Below the pieces are notes generated by a model. The model was given only the letters and a program-made list of their open reading frames with translations. It did no database searches and had not been told where the DNA came from. Both the position numbers and the translations under genes were made by a program. Source: Glaucostegus cemiculus (Eukaryota). Taken from it: a stretch of DNA of 64,000 bases. Shown here in pieces: positions 13,586-26,630 of this stretch. Numbering within the stretch: position 1 is the stretch's first letter; each line of letters opens with the position of its first letter. Location of the stretch: the NCBI GenBank assembly GCA_976551045.1, contig CDPCPM010000017.1, positions 4,774,001-4,838,000 on the forward strand, given 5' to 3'.

Positions 13586-15269
13586 TTAATGCTTGATATA
13601 GGTGGAGTTACACTTTGTGGCCTGGTGGTTTGTGTGTGCAAAACCTGTGGAATACAATTGGAATTGGCAAAATAGAACATGATTGGACACTCTAAACTAT
13701 GGTGTTGCAGTGCCTAATACATGTCTGGTCGTCAGACTAGCTGGACATCTGTAAATCAAGTTTGTGAGGGGAAAGATAAAAGGTTTTCCAGAAAATATCT
13801 GGTGAACAAAGTCAAGACGCAGTTGGTCGAAGCTATCCTCTGCAATTGTATCTCAGCAGATACTTTCATTACAGTCTTGAGGCAGTGTACTTCTTGAACC
13901 TTTGACCAAGTTTCTGAACCCATGTTTACCTCTGGTAATGCTTCCCACATGGAAGACCAAGGCAGATTAGGCTCCAAGTCAAAGGTAACCCTCCTTTCGC
14001 TGCATCTGACTCAATGCAACCACAAAGGTCTCCCTGAAAAGGGGAAAAGCATTTCCAAGGCTTTAATTCTGCCATTAGCTATCTCTAAGCAACGAGATTC
14101 AAATCCTGCAGTACATTTCAAAATTGCAAGTCAATGCAAGGTGTTCTTAAAAGAACAACCACGCTTAAAATATGCAGGACATCCCACCTCCACAATCTTC
14201 TCACTACATCTGGCTGGTTCATGACACGCTGGGACAAGCAAATCATCACTGAAAGGAATGATCTGCAGAAAGTCTTGCAAGATTTGTACTCTGAGCGCAT
14301 AATGCAAATTTAGTGTTTGTTTATCCTGTCACATAGTTGTTGCAAACAACTCATGGATTATAGCTCCAGAGACAAGTTGAAAGCTGCAAGTCCTGAATTA
14401 CCCATTTTCCCCACAAAAATGACCCCACCTGACCCTCTAAATCTGTGGTGCTACATTGCTCCATGTTTTAGTTCTGTAGGATCAGAATGAAAATTAGAAT
14501 TCCTTTGATACGCCTTTAACTACAGACTTAACAATAAAATTTGGAAGTCCCAAGGATAAGAAAAATCCTGGGAATAAAGCAGAACTGCTGAGAGAATTGT
14601 GGTGGGTACTTGGCCAAGGGTTGGAGGAGGATGGTGTGGATATTATTTGGTGGTTCAATCTATAGACAGGACAAGTTGGAAACAGTTATTATATAACTCT
14701 TAAATTGACCAAAGTAAAAAATGATTGAGAGAAATCAGGATCAGTTATTATATTGATCTTATATTCTAGTTTATGAGTGGTTATCCAGCAGTTAATTTGA
14801 GAGATTTCAATTGATGGCTGGTTCACAGTTGATGGATTTTTCTCTCATCTGGTTTGTGAGATGGCCTTGCCAACCCATCTACATTTCACACAGTGGTTAT
14901 TAAATCACTCAAATTAAATGTGACAGATAGTTTCGATGTGCAATGGACAATTTGTGCCTGCAATTCTGTGAAACATGACATACGATTAGTTATGCACAAC
15001 ACGATTGCACTCTTGATACATCTTAATTACCAAGATATTTTCAGTTTATCTAATTTTCACTGTTTACTATCTTATTGAACTTGAAGTCTTCAGTAACCAC
15101 TTCCTTTCTTATTAGCTGAATATTGCTTTGCTGTATTTTAATTCCTTGTAGCATGTCTCTGTGTCTGATTCAACACATATACAGATTTAATAACAATGAC
15201 CAGTGAATATAAAACGGCATCTGTGAATTGACTGAACAACATAACTTTTGCATATCTGTCAACATTTAA

Positions 15270-16230
15270 AAACTGCAGATGCTGGAAATGTAAAGTAAAA
15301 ATTGAAAATGCTAAAATAACTCAGCAAGTCAGGCAGCATCTATAGAGAGAAAAATGGATAACAATACAAGTAGATGACCTAGTTCATTCTGAATGAAACT
15401 GTCAAGGTTGGTTATCCAAAGTTGTTAAAGCAATGTTAAGTCCAAGGACTGTAATGCATTCAATCAGAAAATGAGATGCTGTTTCCCAAGCCAACACTGG
15501 GCTTCATTGGAACAGTGCAAAAAAGCTAAACACAGGGGTCAAAATGTGTAGAATGGAGAGTTGAAGTGATAAGTAACTGGAAACTTAAGGCCACCCCTTG
15601 AGGACTGAATGGAGTTGCTCTGCAAAGTGGTTACACAATTGGAGTTTGGTTTTTCCAACGGAAAGGAGACAGCATCATGAACACCAAATGCAATATACTA
15701 AATTGGAAAAGACAAGCAAATTGCTGCTTCATTTGGAAGGAGAATTTGTGGCCCAAGGTGGTAGTCAGAAGGGGAGTAGGAGAGGTGGAAAAGTAAGCCC
15801 AATTGGCAATGAGGGATCAGTCCCTTTGGAATGCCAAGAGGGGATGGGAGATGAAGAGGTGTCTGGCACCGGCAAAACGTGGTAGCAACAGAAATTACAG
15901 TGGATGATCCATTGAAGATAGAAGCTGAGGGCAAGGGGAACACACTCCTGTCTTTGCTAAAAGGAGGTGGGGTTAGAGAAGTGCAAGAAAATGGAACAAA
16001 CACAGTCAAGACCCTAATCAACTACAGTGGAAAGGAAAGAAAGGTTGACAGAAAATAAAAACTTCTCAGATGTACGGTATGGAAGGTGTCATGATCAGAA
16101 CATATATGACTGAGTTGGAGAAACAGAGAATGGAAATGAGTCCTCACAGGAAGCAAGTAGTGCAGTCAAGATAGCTTTAAGGAGCCCATGGACTTGTAAT
16201 AGATATGACTTCCAGATCATCCCCAACTCC
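15270..16230 (-). mobile_element. Decayed Penelope-like element (3' portion)
   Basis: Begins with the reverse complement of the family tail (ctgcagatgctggaaat...ctcagcaagtcaggcagcatct), then resembles the reverse complement of the 59600-59905 GIY-YIG region. Confidence 0.6.
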
Positions 16231-17864
16231 CACGTTGTAATATACAGGTGCAAAGATCACGAGCAAGTTGACCTGCACACTACAGTTAGCATTTCTCTGC
16301 AGAACCACCAGCTGAAGAGCAGCATGATCCAACCTGAAGTTAATTTCTGAAAGATTTGAGAAAAGATTAGCAAGGAACCTTCAGCTGAACCCCAGCACAC
16401 TTCCCAGAGCACAGAAACAACCTGTTAGGAAAGAAGTTGGGCCCAAAATGAAACCTTCATAGAGAAGTATCAGCATTAAGTTAAACCTTTGCATCTGTCT
16501 GTACAAAGAAAGATAAATTAAGGATTACACTAAGAGGGCAGAAAGACATAAGATAGAAAAACAGTCGATTTGTGAAGATGTTCTAAAATGATTAGTGTTA
16601 CTGAAAGTTGATGAGTCATCTAGTCCCAATGCTTACTCGCTTGCTGAAAGAACCAAGAGGTAGAAACAGCTGAAGCATTAGTCACAGTGAATCCTCACTG
16701 AAAAAATGGATAATATTAGCAAACTCCTTGATCCCTAGGCATTATTTCCATTTATAGAAACACTAATTATCTGCCAAAGTGTAGTATGTTCAGAGACAAC
16801 TCTGTTCACTTTTGTAACAAGTAGCCATGAATCAGTGCAGAGAACCTCTTCCGCAGCTCCATACACAGCACGGAAGAGGATTCTGATCGGGACACCAATT
16901 GGTGCCAGTGATGGAGCTGATGAAAATATACAAGTATGGTTCAAAAGACAAAGGTTTATGAAAATCTGTCAATATATCGAATGGATCAAAAATGCCTTAA
17001 AACATGCAACTTTCCTTTTACCTGGGCAATAGCAAACACCTTTATTTAAGAACTAGACATGATTAATGCTTGAAACGTAAAGTTGTACGCAAAACAGCCC
17101 AGCCTGTTTCCCACTTAAAAAGATTTCTGTCTGGTTCTGGATGGAAGATTTTGTGACCATTACTTGTCACGAGAGCACAGACTGGGCTGTAATCATACAG
17201 GACCCATCCACACTCCACTTCATGCTGCACCTTATCTTATCCACACCCTTTTCCAAAAACCAGCGGAGACTCATATTGGCCACAGTGTCTAACTAAATGA
17301 TAAATAAATGTGCAGAAAAATACATGCTGTTTAACCATTTGAACATATTTTAAGCCAACTTCTCAATGTCAAACAAGAGTTGCATCAAATTTAAACATTT
17401 CTCACCGTTAACCAAAATACTGCTATTCCAAATTAATCACATCCATTTTGTCTGAGATACAAAATTAAGGTCACCCAGGTCAGCTTGAGACAAGGCCCCA
17501 AAACTTTGACATTCAATCACACACAAGAATCAAGTTAGGAAAGGCCTTACAAGCACAACTATACATAATGGCCATTCCATCAGAATCTCCCAATCTGGAG
17601 AGTGGAAATCATGGATAAAGCATACTGGGCCTGAATGCAACTTCCAGAATTGGTTGTACATACCCAATCATACTTACTGATCACATTTAAGATAAATTCC
17701 TTTGTGTAGCAGATAAAAATACTGTCCACTGAAAGAATTTCTAGGCCTGTATATTTCAACATCATGTGTAAACAAAGCTGACCATCTATTCAGTCATTTC
17801 ATTGGGCACAATTTAAAGACCTTCGAAATAAACTGCATCTTTCTCCACAAAATCTTTTACTTAC

Positions 17865-17941
17865 ACAAGAGGTTTTTCCAGCCTGCTTCCCTGCGAACCC
17901 ACAATCTCTCCCAACGTGCAGAATGCTTGACCCAGAAAGTC
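17865..17941 (-). CDS. CPNE8: Copine (CPNE8-like) coding exon, 77 bp, end of C2A (probably exon 6)
   Basis: ttttag|GAC TTT CTG GGT CAA GCA TTC TGC...CCT CTT GT|gtaagt = DFLGQAFCTLGEIVGSQGSRLEKPL(V). Recalled CPNE8: DFLGQVFCTLGEIVGSQGSRLEKPIV. Confidence 0.95.
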
Positions 17942-18804
17942 CTAAAATTGATTAAAAAAATAAATTCAATACAAGTGCAATTTAAAACATTCATGATACA
18001 ACAATCAATTATAATTGTAGAATGAGAAATCAAATCAGTCAGTTTTTTTCTGTAGAGAAATGTCCCAATATTTTTTTTTAAAAAGTACTTGGAATTTTGC
18101 TCAGCATATCCTGATCTTTCACCATAACACTGATCAAGAGGATGGCACGAGATGCAAAAACTGCATTATTCACTGCAGAGATATTCTTCTCGCCCAACTC
18201 TTTGACTGCCATTACAATGAATATTAAAAATCCCTTTAAGAAATTCAAACATAGATTTGTCACAAAATACAGATTTAATCAATTCAGAAAATTATTTAAA
18301 CACTTGTTAAATGAATCACTAAGTACTAAAAATGCTTACAGTGAGCATTCTAACCAGTGGTCCTGTATGGATTGCCAAATGACCACTCAAGGAATGGTTC
18401 AAACAACTGCCTGGCAAAGCTTCTCCTCCAGAACTCAACAGTAGAGATGAATGATCAGAGGGATATCTCAAATCCCTTGAAACCAGCACACAATGACACT
18501 TACAAAATACAAGGGAGAGGAGGCAAGGAATATATATTCAAATTTACAGGTGCTAAAATCATTAAATAAATCTATAGATTCTATGATGTAAAGCAAGGGC
18601 AAATACATAAAAAGGGGAAGATGATACTTGTTTCCGTTAAATCATACTAAATGATAAAAATATTTTTGTAAGTAAAAAGGCAGATGTAGTTTTACTTTCG
18701 TATTATTCACCCAAGAATAGGGAGGAAAAACATGGAGGACAACTTTGTTGGAGAATTCAGGGAGTGGGGCACAGGAATTCCAGCAAGTGCTAAAGACCCT
18801 GACC

Positions 18805-18994
18805 CACGCTCAATGATTCAGAAACAGCTCTTCCCCTCTGCCATCAGATTTCTGAATGGTCAAACACTACCTCATTATTCCTCTTTTTGTGCATGATTTT
18901 ATTTTTGTAATTTTTATGTCTTTGTGCTGTACTGGTGCTGCAAAACAACAAATTTCACATCATACAAGTCAGTGACAATAAATCTGATTCTGAA
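18805..18994 (+). mobile_element. Rex1/Babar-like LINE 3' end
   Basis: gattcagaaacagctcttcccctctgccatcagatttctgaat (RFRNSFFPSAIRFLN-like C-terminus) and tail gacaataaatctgattctga. Confidence 0.7.
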
Positions 18995-19044
18995 CACAGG
19001 AACCTCAATGTCCAGGGATCAGAAAGATAAGTTGATTAAGGCAG

Positions 19045-19450
19045 GAAACACCTCGTCATCACATTATAGGAAGAACGTGATTGCACTGGAAAGAATACAG
19101 AGGAGAATCACCAGGATATTGCTTGGGATGGAACATTTCAGCCATTCAGATAGTGAGAAACTTTACGCCCTAGCAGTGGTGTCTATAACCAGAGGGCATA
19201 GATTTAAGGCTAGTGGTAGAAGCTAGATGGGATTTAAGGAATTTTTTTTTTTCTCCACGCAGAGTGTTTTAGAAATCCAGAACACAATCTGAGGGATTGG
19301 CAGAGGCAGGTACTCTCCCAACAGCAAGCGCCTAGAAGGGCACTTGAAATGCCGTGACACAGAAGCCTATAGGTTGAGTACTGCAACATGGAATCAGTAC
19401 AGATAGATACTCAATGGCTGGCATGGACACTGTGAGCTGAAGGGCCTGGC
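19045..19450 (+). mobile_element. CR1 LINE 3' fragment
   Basis: ORF 18924-19226 ends SHYRKNVIALERIQRRITRILLGMEHFS...TRGHRFK, the CR1 ORF2 C-terminus; tail gagctgaagggcctg. Confidence 0.85.
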
Positions 19451-20087
19451 AAAGATAGTTCCTTGCCAGACTCCAGGCACAACCCATTTAAACAACCAAT
19501 AATCATTGGGTAGACAATGACTTTTGATTACTTTTAAACAAAGTCGTCATCTCAGTTTGCCAACATCACAAATACCCAACAATAGTGTGAAACATGCAGC
19601 ACTACATGCCCTCCCTGTCCTTATATATCCACAGTACAATTCCAGGTGTAATGTCCTGACATGATGTCATACTAGAAGGAAGCTATGAAGTTCAATAGTT
19701 ATCTTGTACAGATTTTAGAGTGACACTTTTAGAGATATTTACTGATAAATGACTACCTTAACTAGTTTTACAAAACCAATGCCTATTGAGAAGCTGGCAG
19801 AAAACTAAATGAATACTGACTGGTGTGGCCATTATTTGTCCATTGACCCAGCTACTAATCTGACAAAACTTAAAACAATTATTGTATTTATACAGACCAA
19901 ATTCACAAGGTAATAATAATCAGTTCAAATACAATGGACCAAAAGCAGCACTAGTTGCGACTCCGAACCCTTGATGCAAGAATTACAAGCTAATTTCTGC
20001 TATTGGTCAATACAAAACTTTGCTTTAATTGTTTCATCTTATGGCATATGACTTAATCCAACAAACTAAACAATTCAGTAAACTTAC

Positions 20088-20127
20088 ATGTTCAGATAAG
20101 TTTGAACTCTTTGAATCAACGTCATAC
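20088..20127 (-). CDS. CPNE8: Copine (CPNE8-like) coding exon, 40 bp (probably exon 5)
   Basis: ttttcag|G TAT GAC GTT GAT TCA AAG AGT TCA AAC TTA TCT GAA CAT|gtaagt = YDVDSKSSNLSEH. Includes the Ca2+-ligand YDxD motif; phases fit both neighbours. Confidence 0.93.
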
Positions 20128-21367
20128 CTGAAAACAACAAAAGAAATGAAATGTCAGTGAGTTACACCTCACATCAATAGTGTAAGAAATAAACCAATAA
20201 AAAGGGTATAAAGACAACAGCTGATACCTTCCTTCAGGTGTCGTCATATCTCAAATTGTCCTTGAAACTAAATTGCTCCTGACAACTGTGTTATTAAGTC
20301 TAATTAAGGGTCGACAGTTCAGAACAGAGTTTCACTACTGATGTCATTCTGAACTGCATTTTATTTTTTACCTCCCCATTTTTCTCTCCCTCCCTCTCCA
20401 ATATTCCCCACAAAATAATGTTCTCTTTCATGCACTGATTCTTTTGTTGATGTATGGTACCAAGGTTGAGGTTGCTTTCCTGATTTCAGCTACAAAAACA
20501 CTACTCACACTTTAATGTTGAGAGTTGGCAGTCTGATCAACTATTTATTAAAATCATCATATCCCATTATCCCAAGATTTGAGACAATCTCTTCAGGGTG
20601 CAGTCAACCAAACAATCAAATTATCTTCAAAAACACAAATTTCCTTTGGTTGCAGTATTCCCACTCCAAATGCAGCTTGGGTCTACAATCACAAAGTGAT
20701 CAGCCACCAGTTAAGGGAGAAAATACAACAGAGTCCATGATAAGAACCCACTGGTATCAAAAGCGCCCAACTCAGAAGATGCCAGGAAATAAATATGGTG
20801 CTTTAATTGATCTTTCAAAGACAGAAACAATGTGTGAACTATGATCACAATTATTTGGTGCTCTCTGAAAATTACTTCCCTGCTATTTTTCTTTTCTTAA
20901 TCATAGATGGGATGTGGGTTGATTTTACAACATGAGCATTTAACCACTAACCCAACCAAGAAAGTAATTGCAAGTTGTATTCTTGGGCCACTGCAGTCCT
21001 TGTGGTAATGGCACTCTCACTATTAAGTACTTAGTTCCAGAATTTTGGCCCTGTGTTCAAGGAATGGCCATATATTTCCAAGTCAAAAGGTGTGCATTTA
21101 GCTGCTCTTGTTCATCCAGGCGAGATGATGGGGAAGAAATCGTGGGGCTATCACTCCATACACCCCAGCCACATTATGTTGACATTTAGGATGGCTGCTG
21201 GGTGGCAATTCCAATCAAACAGGGAGCTATTGTTTCCATGTTGCCCAACTTTATAAACTTGGAGGTGTACTCATCCAGGGGAGGGCATTCCATCATTGTT
21301 TTGCTGCTGTACCTTTCAAACTTTGGAAAGGCTTTGGGAAGTCAGGAGGTGAATCATCCTCCAGGAT

Positions 21368-21663
21368 TTGTTTTACTAAAAAAATAAACTTTATTGATAA
21401 TAAAAACTATATACAATAATAAAACAGTTCAAACCTTTACATTTGATTACAGTTCCATTCTTAGTGTTACCCCTTTTTCTACATACAAAACACTGCACCG
21501 AGGCCACTCGTGTGGCTCCCTGGGGTGATACCCCGATCTCATATTTACAATATTTGAGGGGCTTCCTCGCCTGACCCCGTCCCTCCCTCTCCTGTGGCAG
21601 AAGAACCCTAAAATGTGGCCCTTCACCACTGCGCCTTTGCGTTGGCTGCACCTAGCTTCAGTG
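21368..21663 (-). mobile_element. 5'-truncated non-LTR retrotransposon 3' end (L1/Tx1-like) inserted in an older LINE remnant
   Basis: Flanked by direct repeat CAGGAT (21362-21367 and 21664-21669). Minus strand reads ALKLGAANAKAQW*RATF*, then a 3' UTR with AATAAA near the end. Family assignment is from recalled similarity. Confidence 0.6.
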
Positions 21664-24600
21664 CAGGATATCCAGACTCTGACCTACATTTGTAACCACA
21701 GTATTTGTTTGGCTGGTTGAGTTAAGTTTCTGTAGGACTGTGAGCCCCATGCTATTGATGGTAGAGTAATTAGGTGATAGCAATGACACCAAGTATTAAA
21801 GTTACCTGGCATGTATGGCTCAAGTGTTATTTGTCAATACCAAGTCTAAACACCATTGTGTATTATTCCATGTCAGGAGTTACAAATAGAAATGAATATG
21901 TCACATTCATCAAGAAGTCCTTAATTCCTTGAAAACTAGTCGGAACAATTTTCTGGGCTCAAACCAGTCTTCCTTTGAGCTGGGTATGATTTCAGCCAGC
22001 AGAATTTCTTTGCTTGCTTCCTTTCGATATACATTTTATTAAGAGCTCTTTGGTACCGTACACAACCAATTGTTGCTTTGACGTCAAGACAGTCACCCTC
22101 ACTTCATCTTCAGAATTCAGCTTTTTCATCTCTACCTTGACCAAAGCAGGGTGGGTCATGGTGGAACCAAAATTAAGCATTAGAGCCAGTGCTGAACACC
22201 AGCATCTACCAAGCAAACTGTAAAACTGCAGAGGTATTTTCTGTCCAAAAAAGCAGAACAAGTTCTTTCTAGCCAATTACCATGCCACCATCCCATACTC
22301 ATTCATCAGCAAATGTGTTGAAGATGTTAGAGTGCTGTCTAAATTCTATACACTCCCAAAAATCCTTCGCATAGATGTTCAGCTGAGGCTCAACCTGGAT
22401 CTCATTACATTGAAGTAGCAATGAACGAGCAAGCTGAATTCCAGTGGAGTGGTTAGAATGAATGCCACCGACATCAGAACAGCATCTGACTGCATGTGGC
22501 AACAGGGGTAGTGCCCATCCAAAACTTATTTGAAGGAAATCTCTTCTCATTTGCTATTCTATGTTGAACAGTCTAGCAATTTGACAGCATAGGGATCAAG
22601 GGAGGTTGTGTGGAGTGAAGCTGGTTTTTAGCATGTAGGTGCAAAGTGATGTTGTGTTTTCAAATAATACCAAGAGACAGAATGTAGATAAAAAGTAAGA
22701 GAGGGCCATGGAAAGATCCATGATGTGCCCCGGAGATTAAAGATGTCAATTAGTGAAAAGGAAACCATTCCCAGTGATTCTCCAGGCAGATAAAAAAAGC
22801 AGCAAGTTGAGCACAGTCTCACCTAACTGGACAACAGCAGATGCACTTGGGAGGAGATTGGCATTGTCAATCATTATCAAAGGCTTAAGACTGATCAGCA
22901 AACACAAGGAGAGATTAATTTGATACAATAACTTAGTATTTTGTTAAAGATTTTAATCAGAGCTGTTGTTCCAATTCTGTAGCAGCAGTAAAGGGATTAA
23001 AACAAGGAATTTTAAAGTAAGATAGACATGAATTTGGAAGGCAACAAGAATGTTTAAAGATATTGGTAAAGGAATAGGCGTAGTAGATGGAGTGAATAGG
23101 GTCCTGAAGATTGTTTCTTCGTTGAAGAGATTTGAAGGACAGGAGGAAAGTACTTGAGATGGTACCGTTAATGATATCAGTAAATATGGGAGATGGTCAA
23201 ACAATTTGTGGGAATGGGATGGAGGAAACAGGGAGGTGAGTTTCATAGCCAAGATGGTCCAGAGAAAGCACAGAGGGGATAAGAGGGAAACAATTGCTTA
23301 GCAGCAGGTCAAGGAGAACATTAGCAACCTTGGTTTGGTTGGCTTAAGGAAGACAGGCAGGCAGTGGACTAACCAGTCTCAATCATGGAAACAATTTGCA
23401 GTAGAAAAAAAATCCAGGGATTATATTTGTATTCGTGGATAATCCCAGACAATAGTGAAGAGTTTTGTAAAATTAGAAAATTTTTAAAAATTTGATTTTA
23501 CACATGGGCATGTCATATATACTTTGTTAATTTAAACATATGTTTGGCATGTTTGTAACATACATGCTGCTGCAAAAAGCTAATTTTCATGGCATTATAC
23601 TCTGTGCATGTATGCCTATGACAACAATAAACTTGAACCTGAAAGTCCAACAATGCTTTGTGAAACCCAGCCAGATGTGATGGTGAACAGCTGAGCCCCT
23701 CGTCCAGCACATCTGCTCTCATCAGTCTCCCCTGGAGTTACCGAATATACCAGCAGGAGAGGAGTAACCAGGGTGAGACAGTAATGGTTTGAGTGGGAAA
23801 GGAGTTCACGTAGTTGTGAGAGGCACTTATGTTTGAACACACACGTTTCAGTCGCGCTGCAATCCCTGCAGCAGTGGAATTTGAAAGTGGAGGAGGGGGG
23901 CTGCTCAGTAATCAGACCCTAATATAGCATCAGGGAACTGATTCAAGTGGGTCCCCTTAAATTTAATTACTCACAGGCACTGCTGTAGGTGCAAACACCA
24001 CTGTTCTGAGCTTCAATTGCTCTGTTCATGAACCTCAGCAAACAGCCCAATCAATTTACCTCCAGAACTCTCAGCTCCAATCGCCTGACCCCGCAACATC
24101 CCCTCTCCCAACATCCCTCGATCTCAGGCCACTGTCCACACAAACCACCAAGTCCAGATCTTGCGATACATCTACCCCCCCCCCCCACGGGCCACAATCC
24201 AGTCTCCCACCATACCCCGATTCAAAAACCCAATACCACCCTTCGCAACTCCCGGGCCTGGTCCACTCCAGTCTGCCTGCCATTTTCCTTCACTCTCTCC
24301 TCAGAGACACAGCATGACAAGGAACATCTTGGCTCTCAGGCACAACAAAAATTATAAGCTGCAAGCTAACAACCAAAATGTTTTACGAAACATAACCTTG
24401 CCAGTGGAAACAGCGTTGATGAGGTCCTAAGAAAGGTCTCTGGAGTGTGCATGACCACAATCCCCATTACAACTCGATGTTTACTGTAAGTAATAAATAC
24501 ACAAACATAACAAAGGACATAAATAAGATACTCAGCTGAGCAGTGTTGATTACAAGTTCCATCCACATTACTGGTCAAGGCTTTGTTATTTTGCTTACAT

Positions 24601-25207
24601 GCAAGAATTAAATTCATAGCAAAATATTAAAGTATATTAAGCATCCTTTACTCACTATATTAATAATTTATATGCCTAATTTAAAAATAGCTTCTTCTGA
24701 GGTCTATTCTGGAATTAGCAGAACATTAGACATTGTCATGGTGTCAGAAGGCTCTCTTTGATTTTCTGTGCACTAACCCAAGAAAGGATAGAGCCTCCAA
24801 TGAAACATTCTTTATTAAAAAGGAATCAACAGCATTGGCATTCATACATACTCCACTACTTCCACTTAACAAAAATAACAAATGCATGCATGTAAGCAAC
24901 CAACTATATTCATAAAGCAGTTCTCTAGTCACTTGTGAAATCCTACTCTTAACTAATTACAGACATACACATACAGTTCTTCATTTTAACCAAATATAAA
25001 TTTACTCATTTGTGTCTCACAAACTCCGATAAACTAAGCAGTCCCTCTGAAGTATCCATTCCGGCTCTTCATAATTTCAGCAAATGAGTTCTGCAAACAA
25101 GCTATGTGTAACTAATTCTACATCAATAATAATACATAACTAAAATATTTGTGCAAAATATTTTCCAAACCTATCTGTAACATTGAGCAATAACACATTA
25201 ATTACTA

Positions 25208-25390
25208 CAACACAAGAGGTTCTGCGGATGCTGGAATCTGGATAACACACGCAAAGTACTGGAGGACTCAGCAGGTCAGGCAGCATCTATGGAGGGAAAT
25301 AAATAGTCAATGTTTCAGGCTGAATCCTGATGAAGGGTCTGGACCTGAAACACCGACTGTTTATTTCCTCCAGCATTTTGTGTGTTGCAT
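25208..25390. mobile_element. Palindromic Penelope-derived element with hammerhead core
   Basis: Arms aacacacgcaaagtactggagga / tcctccagcattttgtgtgttg. Core CTGATGA (25327-25333), stem II agg...cct, GAAA (25347-25350). Confidence 0.75.
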
Positions 25391-25739
25391 AAATTACTGA
25401 AGTAGTTAGGTCTATACATTGTTTTCAGTATGTTTTATACTTGGAGTCCTCCTCAAGGCTTCTCAACTTATAGCCTGTGTTCTCACTGTGCCTTGCATCC
25501 TGGCTTCCCATAAACAAAGAACATTTTCTCTTTCCCACTCTCCCTTTTGAAGTTCGAAAGTAATCACCTCTGCATTATCCCCAGGACTTACAACTCAACC
25601 ACATTCTCCCTTCAAAGCATCCAGTGCAATCCACTTGGTAACAGAAGACTTATGAACATCACACTCTTTCCCAAGATTGTTATTTTGAAAGCTGCACCTC
25701 TCCTGTAAGAATTTTGTATAATACATTGAAATTAGCTCT

Positions 25740-26630
25740 CATTCTTCTAATCTCTGGTGAACATAACACTAGTCTGCTTAATCAATCACCACCAATCAAT
25801 CTCCTCATCCCAAGGATCAATCTGGTGAACCTTTGCTGCACTCCCTCTGATGCAAGTATATCCTTTCTTAGGTAGGGAGACTAGACCTGTGCACAATATT
25901 CAATATATACAGTCTCCCAAGGGACCTATATAATTTCAGTCTGTTGACCTTATTACTCAAATTTCCTTACAATAAAAGCCAATGTGACATTATCTTCCCA
26001 AACTGCTCATTATACTTGCATGTTAACTTTCAACGATTTATGTACAAGGACACCCAACTCCTTCTGAATACCAACATCTTTCATTACTCAACTGAAGTAG
26101 ATACTTTACATTTTTCACCATTACACCCTATCTGCTGTGTCCTTGCCCATCATTTAGCCCAAGCCTCACTACAACTTCCTAACAACACACAATGTCAGCC
26201 AGCCTTGCATCAAATATAAACCACCATACAGTACACATGGAACCCCAGCACTCATCCCTGCTGCACCCCACTAATCACAGCACCTTCAATCAAAAAACAA
26301 CCCACTTATTCTGATTCTCTTTTCAAGCCTTAACCAATCTTTAGGCCATGCCATTATTTTATCCCAAATCCCGTGTTCTAGTTTGGTCTGTTAGTGTCTT
26401 GTGGGACTTTCAGAAGATCTTCAGTTGTATATTTTTTGAACAGGATTTCCCTTTCAAAAACCCATGCTGGCTCTGCCCAATCCTATTATTCTCCAAGCGC
26501 CCTGTTATAGCTTCCTTATTTCCCAGGTTCCAGTACTTCCCCGAGTATTGATAAAGCTAGTTGGTATGTACTTCACCATTTTCTCTCTCCCTCCTTTCTT
26601 AAATTGTGGGATTACACTTTCTACCTTCCA
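25740..26630 (-). mobile_element. Decayed CR1 LINE
   Basis: Reverse complement of CR1 ORF2 segments (aatctggtgaacctttgctgcactccctc; aaaaacccatgctggctctgcc; ctccctcctttcttaaat). Confidence 0.65.

Noticed and set aside
10811-13680. 954-, 907- and 873-aa ORFs as real genes
   Set aside because: They are fully explained by 12- and 18-bp stop-free units, show no synonymous variation, and have no recognisable domain or exon structure.
1-17864. Next copine exon (GIPGKKCGTII...-like)
   Set aside because: Not found by eye on the minus strand; probably left of the window. LCGTIV near 10810 is on the wrong strand and has no other similarity.
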